The translations under genes were made by a program, and so were the position numbers. This document shows positions 63,901 to 64,000 of a DNA stretch of 64,000 nucleotides, in pieces. Under the pieces are notes generated by a model. That model made no database searches, was not told the origin of the DNA, and saw nothing but the letters and a program-made list of their open reading frames with translations. Origin of the DNA: Eledone cirrhosa (lineage: Eukaryota); NCBI GenBank assembly GCA_964016885.1, contig OZ024740.1:211296001-211360000 (forward strand), in the 5' to 3' direction. Each line of letters starts with the position of its first letter. Position 1 is the first letter of the stretch.

Positions 63901-64000
63901 GGTAGCCATGGTAGAAGTTTACAATGAAAGTCTCCCATAAGTTGATGGTAGAAGGTAGCCATGATAGAAGTTTACAATGAAAGTCTCCCATAAAAAGATA
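57961..64000. repeat. Array sub-domain D: tandem duplication of a ~59-61-monomer block (57961-61084 and 61085 to beyond 64000)
   Basis: Paired markers: GATAGCCAAG at 58077/61201 (3124 bp), ATGATATTAG at 58561/61738 (3177 bp), AAGCTT at 59943/63173 (3230 bp). The growing offset shows the second copy has two more monomers. Confidence 0.9.

Larger units (their letters stand above)
1..64000. repeat. Tandem satellite array of a 53-bp monomer (~1208 copies, head-to-tail, one orientation), running off both window edges
   Basis: The unit GATAGTAGAAGGTAGCCATGATAGAAGTTTACAATGAAAGTCTCCCATAA(GT/AA)T recurs every 53 bp. Monomer starts at 1, 2281, 7741, 19561, 33181, 39481, 48541, 57961 and 63361 all fit n*53 plus the cumulative offset of the visible indels. 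No non-repeat sequence was seen. Confidence 0.99.

Noticed and set aside
1-64000. CRISPR array (conserved ~35-bp part plus more variable ~18-bp part)
   Set aside because: There are no unique spacers; the variable part differs by only 1-4 substitutions from one consensus. There is no leader and no cas gene.
1-64000. Giant repetitive protein gene under an alternative genetic code (TAA read as Gln)
   Set aside because: The unit length is not a multiple of 3. Common variants introduce minus-strand TGA, +1/-1 indels are tolerated and amplified, and the + strand is full of stops.
1-64000. Telomerase-type telomeric repeat
   Set aside because: The unit is much longer than known telomerase repeats and lacks G-runs. 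Variants are inherited in kb-scale blocks, which fits recombination or duplication rather than templated addition. A subtelomeric or satellite-capped chromosome end cannot be excluded from this window.
1-64000. tRNA, rRNA, snRNA or other structured ncRNA gene cluster; transposon or inverted segment inside the array
   Set aside because: I found no recognisable RNA-gene motifs or strong hairpin in the monomer. Phase accounting across the window leaves no room for inserted sequence, and no reverse-complement monomer was seen.
1-64000. Purely synthetic or sequencing-artefact concatemer
   Set aside because: Variants are shared in ordered, nested blocks with domain structure and very few indels. 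This is what evolutionary duplication produces, not random read error or rolling-circle copies. Individual duplications could still be assembly errors.

Overview
The whole 64 kb window is one uninterrupted, head-to-tail, single-orientation tandem array (satellite DNA) of a 53-bp monomer. The consensus is GATAGTAGAAGGTAGCCATGATAGAAGTTTACAATGAAAGTCTCCCATAA(GT/AA)T, about 36% GC and purine-rich on the + strand. Manual phase tracking gives 1208 monomers plus 4 bp, with only 18 length-variant monomers (3 at +1, 7 at -1, 8 at -3; net -28 bp). I found no unique sequence, gene, RNA gene, transposon, inversion or CRISPR spacer. All listed ORFs are by-products of reading the repeat on the minus strand. 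The informative signal is the order of monomer variants. It shows about four sub-domains, a roughly 9-monomer variant cassette reused many times, and nested higher-order repeats or block duplications (e.g. 29-, 59-61-, 62-, 68-85-mers). The monomer itself appears built from a ~16-19 bp ancestral subunit. The architecture fits a eukaryotic (peri)centromeric or other heterochromatic satellite, but organism and function cannot be determined from sequence alone. I do not recognise the family, and I see no evidence for a novel protein-coding system.
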